NCBI GenBank assembly: GCA_963674865.2
Contig: CAXXYE010000009.1
Span: forward strand, 1,952,001 to 2,016,000
Source of the DNA: Candidatus Hydrogenedentota bacterium
Lineage (GTDB): Bacteria > Hydrogenedentota > Hydrogenedentia > Hydrogenedentales > SLHB01
Length of the DNA: 64,000 nt
Direction of reading: 5' to 3'
The notes beneath the pieces are model-generated. The model searched no databases and had not been told where the DNA came from. It saw only the letters and a program-made list of their open reading frames with translations. Position 1 is the stretch's first letter; the number at the start of each line of letters is the position of its first letter. This document shows, piece by piece, positions 20,972 to 30,819 of the stretch. The position numbers and the translations under genes were made by a program.

Positions 20972-22467
20972 GTGTCCCATGCCAAGATTGCGCGGCACAC
21001 ATTTTGTCCACACAGGACAACCATGGGCATGCCGGCACCCGGATTCACGGATCCGCCTACGAAGAAGAGGTTAGGATACCGTGGGCTCTGTTTGGGCGCC
21101 TTAAAGCCCAGGTTCTTGAATCGGTCGCATACGACACCGTAGATGGAACCTTGGTTTGAGTAATACATACTCTGGATGTCCAAAGGCGTCCACATGTGTT
21201 CGAAGACTATGTGCTGCCGCAAATCCGAAAGCCCCATCCGCTCCAATTTCAATACGACGCGGTTACGCAACGCAGCGTAGTCGTCGCGGGTCAGCGGTCG
21301 GTCCGGGTCAATGTGGGGGATGTGCGGGAGAATCTTCAGACAATCGCAGCCCGGCGGGGCCACGGTGGGATCGCTCTTGGAAGCGGCTACGAGGTAGATG
21401 GTGGGATCGTCAGGTATCTGCCTCTTATGAAACACGCTGTTGAAATGGGTTTGCTGATCTCCGGAGAAGAAGAAGTTGTGATGAGCGAGTTGTGAATACG
21501 TTGTATCGAGGCCGAGATCGAGGACCAAGCCGCTACAGGCTGGCTCGAAGCGGCGCAGCTTCTTGAGAAAGCGCTTGTCCTCGTGCAATAGATCGCGGTA
21601 CGCGGGGATTACCTCCATGTTGCTTACGATTATGTCCGCATTGACCACGCCGCCATCCCTTAGCGTAAGTCCTGTCACGCGGTCTTGGTCTGTTCGAATT
21701 TCGACGACCTCGCAGTTAAGGTGCACCTGAATTCCGAGTTCTTCTATCAAACGTGCGAGCCCCCGGGCAATGTTGTACATGCCGCCTTCGACGTACCACA
21801 GATCGTGCCGGAACTGAATGGTAGCCAAACAGTTCATGAAGGCAGGGGCGTCATACGCCGAGGAGCCCACATACTTGATAAAGAAGTCAAAGATGTCGCG
21901 TAGATGAGGGCGCGTTAAATACCGGGCAACGCTCTGATGCATGTTGCGGAACAGGTCGAATTTCAGGAAGTTGAGGAGCCCATAGTGTCGGCGGAAGTCC
22001 GCGGATGTGTCTAAGCCTTTCTGGAAATAGCCGTCGTTGACTAGATCGTAGAGCTGCGCCGAATACCTCAAGAAAGCCTCTAGCGCCTCCGGTCTTTCCC
22101 CTGCCTTCCGGGCCTCCTCAGCCATGCGGTCCGGCTCAGGGTAGAGGTCGATGGCGGCACCATCCTCGAAGAAGTTCCGCCAATGCGGCCGGACGGGCAA
22201 GATAGTGAAGTAATCGGACATTCTATGGCCCGAACGGTCGAAAAGGGGCTCAAAGAAGTGTGGAAGCGTTAGAATGGATGGACCCAAATCGAAGGTGTAG
22301 CCTTCCGCCCTCAAGACGTTCAGTTTGCCTCCAATTTGGCCGTTTTTCTCGTAAATCGCGACCGGGTAGCCCTCCTGTGCAAGTGAAATCGCGGCAGAGA
22401 TTCCGCCCAGCCCTGCACCGACCACAACGACGTGTTTGTCTCTCTCTCCCGCACAAGACTTATTCAT
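20968..22467 (-). CDS. crtP: Diapolycopene/diaponeurosporene oxygenase (CrtP/CrtNb type)
   Basis: GAGLGG Rossmann; FDLGPSILT, FIKYVGSSAYDAP, SNMEVIP, FEPACSG, LAHHNFFF, PDDPTIYLV, GSIYGVV, VGGSVNPGAGMPMV, matching my recollection of S. aureus CrtP. Confidence 0.88.
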   Translation of the reverse strand: MNKSCAGERDKHVVVVGAGLGGISAAISLAQEGYPVAIYEKNGQIGGKLNVLRAEGYTFDLGPSILTLPHFFEPLFDRSGHRMSDYFTILPVRPHWRNFFEDGAAIDLYPEPDRMAEEARKAGERPEALEAFLRYSAQLYDLVNDGYFQKGLDTSADFRRHYGLLNFLKFDLFRNMHQSVARYLTRPHLRDIFDFFIKYVGSSAYDAPAFMNCLATIQFRHDLWYVEGGMYNIARGLARLIEELGIQVHLNCEVVEIRTDQDRVTGLTLRDGGVVNADIIVSNMEVIPAYRDLLHEDKRFLKKLRRFEPACSGLVLDLGLDTTYSQLAHHNFFFSGDQQTHFNSVFHKRQIPDDPTIYLVAASKSDPTVAPPGCDCLKILPHIPHIDPDRPLTRDDYAALRNRVVLKLERMGLSDLRQHIVFEHMWTPLDIQSMYYSNQGSIYGVVCDRFKNLGFKAPKQSPRYPNLFFVGGSVNPGAGMPMVVLCGQNVCRAILAWDT

Positions 22468-23284
22468 CGCTTCCGGTTCCCCGCTTTAGCATGTCTAACC
22501 GGCGTTGCGCCAGTTTGTTTTGAGGATTCAACGCTATGGCATTGCGAAAATACTGCGCTGCTTTGTCCAGATTCCCCAGATGCTCGTAGGTTTGCCCGAG
22601 AAGTGTGAGGCAGTGTTCGTGGCCCCACGTTGGCGCCGATGCACGTGGTTTCCCATGTAGGGCTACAGGAACCTGAAAGAGTTCCGCCGCACGCAGCAAA
22701 TGGGGCAGGCCCTTCTCCGCGCCTCCAAGAAAGCCCGGCCCTTGGACAAAGGCCGCGCCAAGGAGGTAATGGACCCGAGGATTGTCTGGCCCATGGCGCA
22801 AGGCATGCCGCTTGTGGCGCAGCACAGCGGGCCCCAGCCAAAGAGCATGTGAGGGATGCCGGGCGATTTCCATACCGGCCAGCGTGCCCAGCAGTGCATG
22901 CGCCTCCGAATCGGATTGCTTGAGTTCCGCCGCTTTTTCGAGCGCCTTCCGTGTTTCTCTCAAGAGATGACCAAACTCCCGGTTTTCAAGCGAGCGCTTC
23001 GTATCGCCTTGCCGGTGTACCAAAACATGGAAACGTGCAACGCCCAGCCAGTAATGGGCCAGGTAGTCTTCCGGTGCTGTCTCGCAGACTTTCTGAAAGA
23101 GGTTGACAGCTTCCGAGAGCCTCTCTCTGTCCCACGCGCGGTAGCCTTCGTAGAACAGCTCAACTCCGTGCTCGAGCTGGCCCTGAAGTTGAGAAGGGTA
23201 CACTCCTGTTGAAGTCAGCAGAAGCAGAAACCCCACTCCGGCAAGGCACAGTCGCATCACAGGCTTTCTCTCTCGGGTAAGCAC
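22460..23284 (-). CDS. Secreted tetratricopeptide-repeat protein
   Basis: Signal-like N-terminus; TPR patterns AHYWLGVA, AHALLG, NPRVHYLLG, LLGQTYEHLGNLDKAAQYFRNAIALNP; overlaps the crtP start. Confidence 0.8.
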   Translation of the reverse strand: MLTRERKPVMRLCLAGVGFLLLLTSTGVYPSQLQGQLEHGVELFYEGYRAWDRERLSEAVNLFQKVCETAPEDYLAHYWLGVARFHVLVHRQGDTKRSLENREFGHLLRETRKALEKAAELKQSDSEAHALLGTLAGMEIARHPSHALWLGPAVLRHKRHALRHGPDNPRVHYLLGAAFVQGPGFLGGAEKGLPHLLRAAELFQVPVALHGKPRASAPTWGHEHCLTLLGQTYEHLGNLDKAAQYFRNAIALNPQNKLAQRRLDMLKRGTGSDE

Positions 23285-23428
23285 CTACCTACCAACATCC
23301 ATAATAACGCCTTTGCTTCTGGTCAGCAATTGGCTGCCGTGCGGCAGGAAATGCTTGAGTATAGTTTCCAAGATGTGTAACCCTGAATAGGCCGCACGCC
23401 TCGACGATGCCGGTGAGGAAAACGCAGC

Positions 23429-24859
23429 ATGCAAGAAGACGCAATCCCCGCTACAAGTGGTTGTTCCTCGCGTGTTGTGTCCGCCCGGAGCGTCTTAACA
23501 CGACTCCGCGCTTTCTATGACTCCCAGAAGACACGGTCTTTGGACTTCCGCAAGGAGCAATTGTGCGCGCTGGGGTGTGCCATCGAGGTACGCGAGTCAG
23601 ACATACTAGAGGCACTCTACGAAGATCTCCATAAACCCCGTCAGGAAGCGTACGTATCGGAGGTGGGATTTGTCCTAAGCGACATTTCGTACACGCTCCA
23701 ACGTTTGGCCCGCTGGGCGCGGCCGAGGCGCCGGCGCGGCCCTTTGCTTGCGTGGCCGTCCCGGGGCCTTATCCTTCCCGAACCTTACGGCACGGTGCTT
23801 ATCATCGGTCCTTGGAACTACCCGTTTCAACTCCTTCTTTCCCCGCTGGTAGCGGCTATTGCCGCGGGCAATTGCGTCTGCCTCAAACCCTCTGAGCTTG
23901 CGCCGGCAACATCCGCCGTGGTTGCGAGGATGGTGCTGGACACATTCTCAGAGGACTACATTACCGCGGCTGAGGGCGGGCCGGAGACCGCGGAAGAGTT
24001 GACGAATCAGGGATTCGACTACATCTTTTTTACCGGCAGCATACGTGTCGGACGCCAAGTCATGGAAGCCGCCGCGCGGCATCTGACGCCTGTCACTCTG
24101 GAACTGGGGGGCAAGAGCCCTTGCATTGTCTGCCATGACGTCGACTTGACGCTTGCTGCACGTCGCATTCTTTGGGGCAAATGTATGAATGCGGGGCAGA
24201 CCTGCATGGCCCCGGACTATGTCTGGGTGGACGCCCTTGTCGAGCGGGAGTTTCTCACGGCGTTGGGGAGTGTACTCAATGAGTTTTATGGGGGCGCGCC
24301 GCGGCAGAGCCCGGATTACGGGCGCATTATAAACCGGGGCCATTTTGACCGCCTGCTCGGCTACCTAGGACAAGGTCGCCTCGTCTGCGGAGGCGAGCAT
24401 GAAGCTGATGGACTTTTCATGGCTCCCACCATACTGGCGGACGTATCTCCCTCGGCGCCCGTGATGCAGGAGGAGATTTTCGGGCCGATTTTGCCGGTGT
24501 TACGTTTTAATGACATTGACGAAGTACTTGTCTCGTTGAAACGGCGCCCCAAACCGCTTGCCCTGTACGTTTTCGCTCGCAACCGTGCTTTTCAGGCTCG
24601 CATTCTCGCCGAAACGGCGTCCGGGGGAGTCTGCGTTAATGACACGATGACCCAAGCGTTCGGTAAAACCCTTCCCTTCGGCGGCCTTGGTGCAAGCGGC
24701 ATGGGGAGCTACCACGGTAAGGCCGGCTTTGACTGTTTCACGCACTACAAGAGTGTCCTCCGGAGATCGACCTGGCCTGACCTTCGTTTTCGTTATCCGC
24801 CAACGCGGCACTCATTGGCCACAGTGAAGCGTTTTTGTCGTCTTTTCATGCGGCGGTAA
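23429..24859 (+). CDS. aldH: Aldehyde dehydrogenase (ALDH3-like), probable diapocarotenoid-aldehyde dehydrogenase
   Basis: PWNYP, LKPSE, FTGS, LELGGKSP, NAGQTC (catalytic Cys), EEIFGP, PFGG; the substrate is inferred from cluster context. Confidence 0.85.
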   Translation: MQEDAIPATSGCSSRVVSARSVLTRLRAFYDSQKTRSLDFRKEQLCALGCAIEVRESDILEALYEDLHKPRQEAYVSEVGFVLSDISYTLQRLARWARPRRRRGPLLAWPSRGLILPEPYGTVLIIGPWNYPFQLLLSPLVAAIAAGNCVCLKPSELAPATSAVVARMVLDTFSEDYITAAEGGPETAEELTNQGFDYIFFTGSIRVGRQVMEAAARHLTPVTLELGGKSPCIVCHDVDLTLAARRILWGKCMNAGQTCMAPDYVWVDALVEREFLTALGSVLNEFYGGAPRQSPDYGRIINRGHFDRLLGYLGQGRLVCGGEHEADGLFMAPTILADVSPSAPVMQEEIFGPILPVLRFNDIDEVLVSLKRRPKPLALYVFARNRAFQARILAETASGGVCVNDTMTQAFGKTLPFGGLGASGMGSYHGKAGFDCFTHYKSVLRRSTWPDLRFRYPPTRHSLATVKRFCRLFMRR

Positions 24860-24940
24860 CTTTTTGGACTATAATAGGGCGAGCGGTGCACTTGGCAGGT
24901 GAAGGATACACTGTCGCATGTGCGCGAGCGCGGAGGTAGC

Positions 24941-26458
24941 ATGAAGGCCAGAGAGAAGCATGTCGTGATCGTTGGCGCAGGTCCCGGTGGTTTGACGGCG
25001 GCCATGATCCTTGCTCGGCGCGGATTCCGTGTAACCGTTTTTGAGACCAAGAGCCGGGTAGGCGGTCGTAACGCGCCTATCGAGCTTGGGGGCTATACCT
25101 TCGACACCGGCCCAACGTTCTTGATGCTCAAGAGTGTCCTCGATGAAGTCTTCCACGAGGCCGGCGCGGCGACGGATGGCCTCATGGATGTGCGCCGCAT
25201 TGAGCCGATGTACCGCCTCCAGTTCCACGACAAAGTGTTTGAACCTACCAGTGATCCGGAGGTGATGGTCGAGCAAATACGGCGGCTGTATCCTGGCCGC
25301 GAGGCAGGCTACTACGCGTTTCGGAAACGGGAAGCGGTCCGGTTTGCCAGGCTCTTTCCTTGTCTTCAGAAGCCCTACCATGTGTGGCGCACGCTGCTCA
25401 CTGTTGACATGGTCGCGGCCATCCCGCATCTTGCCCTGGGACGTAGCCTGTTCCAGGTAATGCAAGGCTATTTCAAAGATGAGCAGTTGGCTCTTGCCTT
25501 CACGTTCCAAGCCAAGTACCTCGGTATGTCTCCCTGGGACTGCCCGGGCCTATTCTCTATCATTCCCTACATTGAACATAGCATGGGTGTTTACCATCCC
25601 ATCGGCGGTTTAAGCCGCATCTCCGATTCCATGGCTGACGTGGCGAAACAGAATGGGGCGGATATTCACCTGGGCGTGCCCGTTAGCAAGATTCTGACCA
25701 ATGACCGCGTTGCCTGCGGCGTCGAATTGGACAACGGCGAAAAGGTCTTTTCCGATGACGTGGTCGTTAACGCCGATTTCGGCCACGCGGCAACCCACCT
25801 TTTCGAGCCCGGGACGATGCGGAAGTACACCCCCGCCAAACTGAAGCGCATGCGCCTCTCCTGTTCAACCTTTATGCTGTATCTCGGCCTGGACAAGGAA
25901 TACGACCTTCCACATCACACCATCTGCTTCGCCTCCGACTACCGGGCCAACATCGAGGCTGTATCCCGCGGGAAAGAGCTTGGTGAAGATATCTCGTTTT
26001 ATGTGCGGAACGCCGTACGTACCGACTCCACGCTGGCGCCTACCGGTTGTTCGTCGCTCTATGTGCTGGTACCTGTCGCCAACCTTCGCGGAGGTGTCGA
26101 CTGGGCCGCACAAAAGGACGCGCTTCGGGAAGTGACGCTAGACGCTCTTGAAACCCGATTGGGCATGACGGGAATCCGCGCGCATATTTGCGAAGAGAAG
26201 GTGATTACGCCGCAGGAATGGGAGCGCGACTACAGCACCTATGAGGGCGCGACCTTTAACTTAGCCCACAATTGGCGCCAGATGATTTACTTCCGGCCGC
26301 GCAACAAGTTCGAGGAACTCGACCATTGCTACCTGGTCGGTGGGGGCACCCATCCCGGGAGCGGTCTTCCCACGATTTATGAATCAGGGAGAATTGCGGC
26401 GAATCTGATTAGCCGCTCCTACGGCATTCCCTTCATTTCGGGCAACCTGCACGTCTAG
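24941..26458 (+). CDS. crtN: 4,4'-diapophytoene desaturase (Methylomonas CrtN type)
   Basis: GAGPGG, FDTGPTFL, FQAKYLGMSPWDCP, VNADF, SCSTFMLYLG, VGGGTHPGSGLPTIYESG; GGAGG RBS before ATG 24941. Confidence 0.85.
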   Translation: MKAREKHVVIVGAGPGGLTAAMILARRGFRVTVFETKSRVGGRNAPIELGGYTFDTGPTFLMLKSVLDEVFHEAGAATDGLMDVRRIEPMYRLQFHDKVFEPTSDPEVMVEQIRRLYPGREAGYYAFRKREAVRFARLFPCLQKPYHVWRTLLTVDMVAAIPHLALGRSLFQVMQGYFKDEQLALAFTFQAKYLGMSPWDCPGLFSIIPYIEHSMGVYHPIGGLSRISDSMADVAKQNGADIHLGVPVSKILTNDRVACGVELDNGEKVFSDDVVVNADFGHAATHLFEPGTMRKYTPAKLKRMRLSCSTFMLYLGLDKEYDLPHHTICFASDYRANIEAVSRGKELGEDISFYVRNAVRTDSTLAPTGCSSLYVLVPVANLRGGVDWAAQKDALREVTLDALETRLGMTGIRAHICEEKVITPQEWERDYSTYEGATFNLAHNWRQMIYFRPRNKFEELDHCYLVGGGTHPGSGLPTIYESGRIAANLISRSYGIPFISGNLHV

Positions 26459-26694
26459 GATATGGAGCTCATCGGGGGTGGGGAAGAGGGAAAAACCCTA
26501 AGACTATGCCCGGCAGACTGCAGGATACCATTGGTATCTAGGGTCGCATGCCTTGGGCAGGTGGAGCCCCAACCGGTGCGCGAGCGTTTCTCATTGCCGC
26601 CAGCGCGCATACTCCCGGAAAAGAGCTCTGCCGCAGAGCAAGACATCATTTGGGGCAGCTTGGATATCAGGCACATCGTCTAATACTGTCTCCG

Positions 26695-27297
26695 TTAATG
26701 GTCTGGGTGCTGTGTCTTCTCGATTTTGTTGATATCAAATCCGCGTTGCCCGAGACGTGCCAGCAATTCATCGTAAGTGGCTCTGTCGATCGTTGGTGTT
26801 CGGCTCATTATCCAGAGGTTTCTGCGCGATGGCCCGGAAACGACCGCGTAAGCATAGTGTTGGTCCAACTCGATGATCCAGTAGTCCGCCGGGAAGAACC
26901 GGACTGGGAAGGGGTCAAAGCGGACGCGGAGCTTGGCCGGGCTCTCTGGGGCGGGGACAGTGGCGTATCCCTCGATGATTGCCGTCTTTCCCTCAAACGC
27001 CCCCTTAAACCCCTGGTGTTTCACCCGAATCCGTCCGTCCTCTTCCAGGTTGTATTCCGCCGTCACCGCAACAAGGCCCCGTTCAAAGAACACCGGGAAT
27101 TTGGCTATCTCGTGTTAAACGCCCATGTAGCGTTCGAGGTCAACGTGGGTGACTGTCTGAGGAGGCTCCACTGTGGCGCATCCGGCGAGAACGATTGCCA
27201 GAGCGGCCAGCCAAGAATCCCCTGTGATACCGGCTGCGTACGAGTCAGTAACCACCAGCAGAGCTGGTGGTTACTGACTCTAATGGACCGCTTGCAT
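26695..27297 (-). pseudogene. Lipocalin (Blc-like lipoprotein) pseudogene
   Basis: One frame reads LAIVLAGC (lipobox) ATVEPPQTVTHVDLERYMGV*HEIAKFP...ADYWII...LWIMSRTP. An in-frame TAA at 27115-27117 replaces the conserved Trp, and the 5' end is interrupted by a palindrome. Confidence 0.85.
27242..27280. repeat. Perfect 18-bp inverted repeat with 3-nt loop
   Basis: GAGTCAGTAACCACCAGC-AGA-GCTGGTGGTTACTGACTC, with TA at 27239-27240 and 27281-27282. Confidence 0.9.
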
Positions 27298-27319
27298 ATT
27301 TCGGGTGCGGCCACCTCTC

Positions 27320-28507
27320 TCAGCGAGGCATGTGAAAGGACTTTGGGAGTTCCTCAAATTCGGGCCGCGCGAACAGCCATCCCTGAAACAGCTCGATCCC
27401 CTCATTGCTCAACCATCCATACTCATCGGTGGTCTCGACACCCTCTGCAATGATGTCGATACCCAGATCCAGGCAGGTGCGCATAATGCCCCGCACAATG
27501 GCTTGCCTCGGGCCGTTACACTCGATGCCGCGGACCAGATGCATGTCGAGCTTAATGAACTCTGGCTGAAAATCCGCAAGCAGATTAAGGCCGGCATACC
27601 CCGCACCGAAATCATCAATGGCGAAGCTCAGCCCAGAACCCCGGTGTTGATTAACCGCAGTCCGGAACCTGTCGAAGTCACTTATGAGTTCTCTTTCGAG
27701 GATCTCCAGGACGAGTCGTGTGGGCCGGATATGGTAACGTTCTGCAGCGCCAAGTATGGAGGCTAAGGCCGTCGGCGAGGACTCTACGCTCAACGGAAGA
27801 AAGTTGAGATTCAGGTGCGTCGATAGCCCCATGCGCGCCGCCAACTCTATGGCTACCGTACGGGTATGCTCATCGAACCTGTGCATTTCGGACACGGGGA
27901 CTTGCTCGAAAAGGTATTCGGCCGGCTCATTGCCTTTCCCGCGTACCAACGCTTCATAAGAAAAGACTTTGCGAGTCTTTGCATTGATAATGGGCTGAAA
28001 AGCGTAAGAGAAGCCAGGATAAGATGTGACGGCGGACTGTTTCGTGGTCTCTGGCGGGTCGACGTTGGTATCAGTCAACCGCGCGCGCCAGCGTCCTTGC
28101 CTGAACGCCGCCAAGAGTTTCTTGGCGCGGCCTTGGCCCAGCTTACCGAAGGACTCGGCTTTGCCAAAGAAGTCGTTCGCGCCTAGGATCTTGTCCACTT
28201 CCTCTGGCGTAATATCCGCGTAACCCATTGTCCAATCACTGAACGAGCGGTGGGCAATCGGTTCGCGGATGATCACCGTTACCTTGCTGTGACGTTCATC
28301 CCGCTTAATGGTCTCGAAGAGCGCGTCCACCTTGTTCGATTCGCCCTCAAGAACCTGGAAGAAACTGCCCTGCGCATAGAGAAGCATCCCTGTCACGCTA
28401 GACTGGAGGTTCTTGCGGCGCGAACTTGCAAGGAGGGCCATTAGGTCACGATGACTGAATGGGCGTGTGGCCGCACTGCTGTAAACGAGATGGATTAGCT
28501 GCGACAT
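27320..28507 (-). CDS. BLUF-EAL protein, blue-light-regulated c-di-GMP phosphodiesterase (BlrP1-like)
   Basis: BLUF: LVYSS, RRKN, TGMLLY, FFQVLEG, DERH, RSFSDWTM. EAL: AFQPI, YEALVR, NLNF, EILE, DDFGAGY, KLD, AEGVE, QGWLF. Confidence 0.92.
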   Translation of the reverse strand: MSQLIHLVYSSAATRPFSHRDLMALLASSRRKNLQSSVTGMLLYAQGSFFQVLEGESNKVDALFETIKRDERHSKVTVIIREPIAHRSFSDWTMGYADITPEEVDKILGANDFFGKAESFGKLGQGRAKKLLAAFRQGRWRARLTDTNVDPPETTKQSAVTSYPGFSYAFQPIINAKTRKVFSYEALVRGKGNEPAEYLFEQVPVSEMHRFDEHTRTVAIELAARMGLSTHLNLNFLPLSVESSPTALASILGAAERYHIRPTRLVLEILERELISDFDRFRTAVNQHRGSGLSFAIDDFGAGYAGLNLLADFQPEFIKLDMHLVRGIECNGPRQAIVRGIMRTCLDLGIDIIAEGVETTDEYGWLSNEGIELFQGWLFARPEFEELPKSFHMPR

Positions 28508-28837
28508 GGCGCATTGTCCTTCAAGGCGGGTCCATCTCCTGGAAACGCACAAATGCTCTTAACACAAAGGCGACCGCGAACCGTTGTCTGCTTTCAGCAC
28601 GCGTACTCTGATCCTATGCTACTTTCAAGAAGCAAACGGGTCAAGCTTCCTCAGTATCCGGGTCAGGCGGAAGCACCAACAGCAATTGCGAAGCTTTCAT
28701 CGCATCCCGCGCTACCCATCATAACCTGGCACCGCCCGAAAGCTACACGGCTTTGCTCCCAGAATGGAGGTACGATCAGGCCACGAAAACAACTGCCTTC
28801 CAGGAGAGAGACCATTGTCAACGTCGCTGCAGTCCGT

Positions 28838-30688
28838 CTAATGCCTTTTGCGTTCGCTCAGAAGCAGGATGTCCCGCAATTGATCCAGGTGTTTGACCTG
28901 TGTCCATCGCCGCTCGAATGAGCGCTTCTGCACGATGTGCGCTATCGCCGCAAGCGCCTTAAGATGTAGACTCCGCTGGTCCTTGGTGCCGTAGATGATG
29001 AAAACGGCCTTGATAGACGGGTAGCCCTTCCCCCAATCTATGCCCTTTCGACAGCGAACCAACGCGACGTGGAAGGCCCCACTGCCAGGCAAAACAAGGT
29101 GCGGCACCGCCACGAAATCGGACAGGGCCGTGCTACCCTGCGCTTCGCGGGCTGTAAGCAGTTCCTGGACGCGTTCAGGGCTTAGCTGTAAGCGGGGGGC
29201 AACGTGTGTCGACACCCGCGCAAAGAGCATATCGCGGTCACAGGACTCGTCAATATCCAGCACGATCGCTTCGTGAACAGCGTTGTCGAACTCGTCCTGG
29301 TTCTCTTGGTCTCGCTCGTTGACGATGGCCTTCAGCTCGGATTCCAAAGAATAAGAGGCAAGATCTTTCGAGGTGATGCGTTCGATGAGATGCAGAAGAG
29401 CGTACTCCTGATTGGAGCGCTTACGTCCATACAGGAGATAGGTCAGCAAAGCCGCCAGTACAAGGCCCAGACTGATCTCGATGGTGGCGAGGCCCATATC
29501 CACTATCAGAAGGCAAAAGGCCGCAATACCGAGTCCCGGCAACCACGGATAGCCGGGCACTCGGAAGGTGGGCCGATAGTTCTGAAGGCCGCTGTGGCGC
29601 AGCACAATTACGGCCACGCCGGCGAGCACGTACGTCGTTAAGACGACGGTGGAAGCGGCTTTGACCAGCAGTTCGAGATCGAGCAGCAATGAAAGAAAGA
29701 CCACTAGTCCCGTAACTGCGACTGCCGTCACCGGCGTGCCGAACCGATTGCTGACGTGCTGAAATGGCCGGGGCAAGAGGTTGTCGCGGCTCAGGGCCAG
29801 TGGGTACCGGGACGCAGAGATGATGCCGGCATTGGCGGTCGTGATAAACGCCAGCATCGCCGCGATGGTCACGACAATGTAGCCCGTCCATCCCGCTGCC
29901 GACCGCGCCGCATCGGCCAACGGGCTCATGGATCCACCAAGTCGTTCGGCGGGCAGCACACCTACCGTCACATAAAGCAGACCTGTGTACACGACCGTAA
30001 TGACGATCACCGAGGAGATGAAGGCCAGCGGAATGTTGCGTGTGGGATTCTCTACCTCCTCAGCTAACGTGGCGATGTTGAGCAGGCCTCCGAAAGAAAC
30101 AAACACGAAGCCAGCGGTGAAGAAAATCGCGTTCAGTCCGTGGGGCAAGACAGGCAAGTAGTGTTCAGGTCTTACGCCGTCCAAACCAACAAAGAAGTAG
30201 AGCGCCATCAGGGCCAACAGACTGATGACAAGCACGACTTCGAGCCGGGCCGCTTCCTTGACCCCAAAGATGTTCAGGCCCGTAAAGACAAGGCAAATCG
30301 GTGCAGCGACCATCAGTATCGGTATTCCAGTGAGCAGATGGACCACTTCTGCCATGCCGAAAATCGCGAACGACGTTTTGAGCGACAAGGCAAACCAGCT
30401 CAGAAGTCCGGAAACGGTGCCTGCCAGGGGCCCCAGGCTCCGCGTGACGTAATAGAAATCCCCGCCGGCTTTGGGCATCGCTGTCGCCAATTCGGCGACG
30501 TTCATGATGCCGATTAACGCCAAGCATCCAGCGAGAGCGTACGAAATAATGACTGCCGGACCAGCCAGCGCGTAAGCCAGCCCGGGCAGAATGAATATGC
30601 CCGAACTGATCATCGCCCCCGACGCGATACAGAACACGTCGAGAAAGCTTAAGCTCTTGGCCAGACCCCTTGGACTGCTATTTGTCAT
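28838..30688 (-). CDS. APC-family amino acid permease fused to a C-terminal PTS EIIA (Fru/Ntr-type) domain
   Basis: GAMISSGIFILPG, AELATAMPKAGG, AEEVENP.RNIP, ASRYPLALSRD, then AREAQGSTAL..VAVPH...HLKALAAIA. Confidence 0.88.
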   Translation of the reverse strand: MTNSSPRGLAKSLSFLDVFCIASGAMISSGIFILPGLAYALAGPAVIISYALAGCLALIGIMNVAELATAMPKAGGDFYYVTRSLGPLAGTVSGLLSWFALSLKTSFAIFGMAEVVHLLTGIPILMVAAPICLVFTGLNIFGVKEAARLEVVLVISLLALMALYFFVGLDGVRPEHYLPVLPHGLNAIFFTAGFVFVSFGGLLNIATLAEEVENPTRNIPLAFISSVIVITVVYTGLLYVTVGVLPAERLGGSMSPLADAARSAAGWTGYIVVTIAAMLAFITTANAGIISASRYPLALSRDNLLPRPFQHVSNRFGTPVTAVAVTGLVVFLSLLLDLELLVKAASTVVLTTYVLAGVAVIVLRHSGLQNYRPTFRVPGYPWLPGLGIAAFCLLIVDMGLATIEISLGLVLAALLTYLLYGRKRSNQEYALLHLIERITSKDLASYSLESELKAIVNERDQENQDEFDNAVHEAIVLDIDESCDRDMLFARVSTHVAPRLQLSPERVQELLTAREAQGSTALSDFVAVPHLVLPGSGAFHVALVRCRKGIDWGKGYPSIKAVFIIYGTKDQRSLHLKALAAIAHIVQKRSFERRWTQVKHLDQLRDILLLSERKRH

Positions 30689-30819
30689 GTTCAACCGCCT
30701 GTAACCAGAGCACAGTCGTTTCCCGCAGATGTAGCCCTCTGCGCCCTTGCCGTCAAGGTCACTTCCACTTTCACGACCTCTGCTCGTCGCCCCACCATCT
30801 CAGCGTCCACAGCAGTCCC

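Noticed and set aside
27115..27117. Stop-codon reassignment at the lipocalin Trp position
   Set aside because: The codon is TAA, which ends many genes here normally, and Trp is TGG elsewhere. Other lesions indicate a pseudogene.
28560..28830. c-di-GMP or other riboswitch upstream of the BLUF-EAL gene
   Set aside because: I could not find the conserved GEMM elements or any other aptamer pattern.
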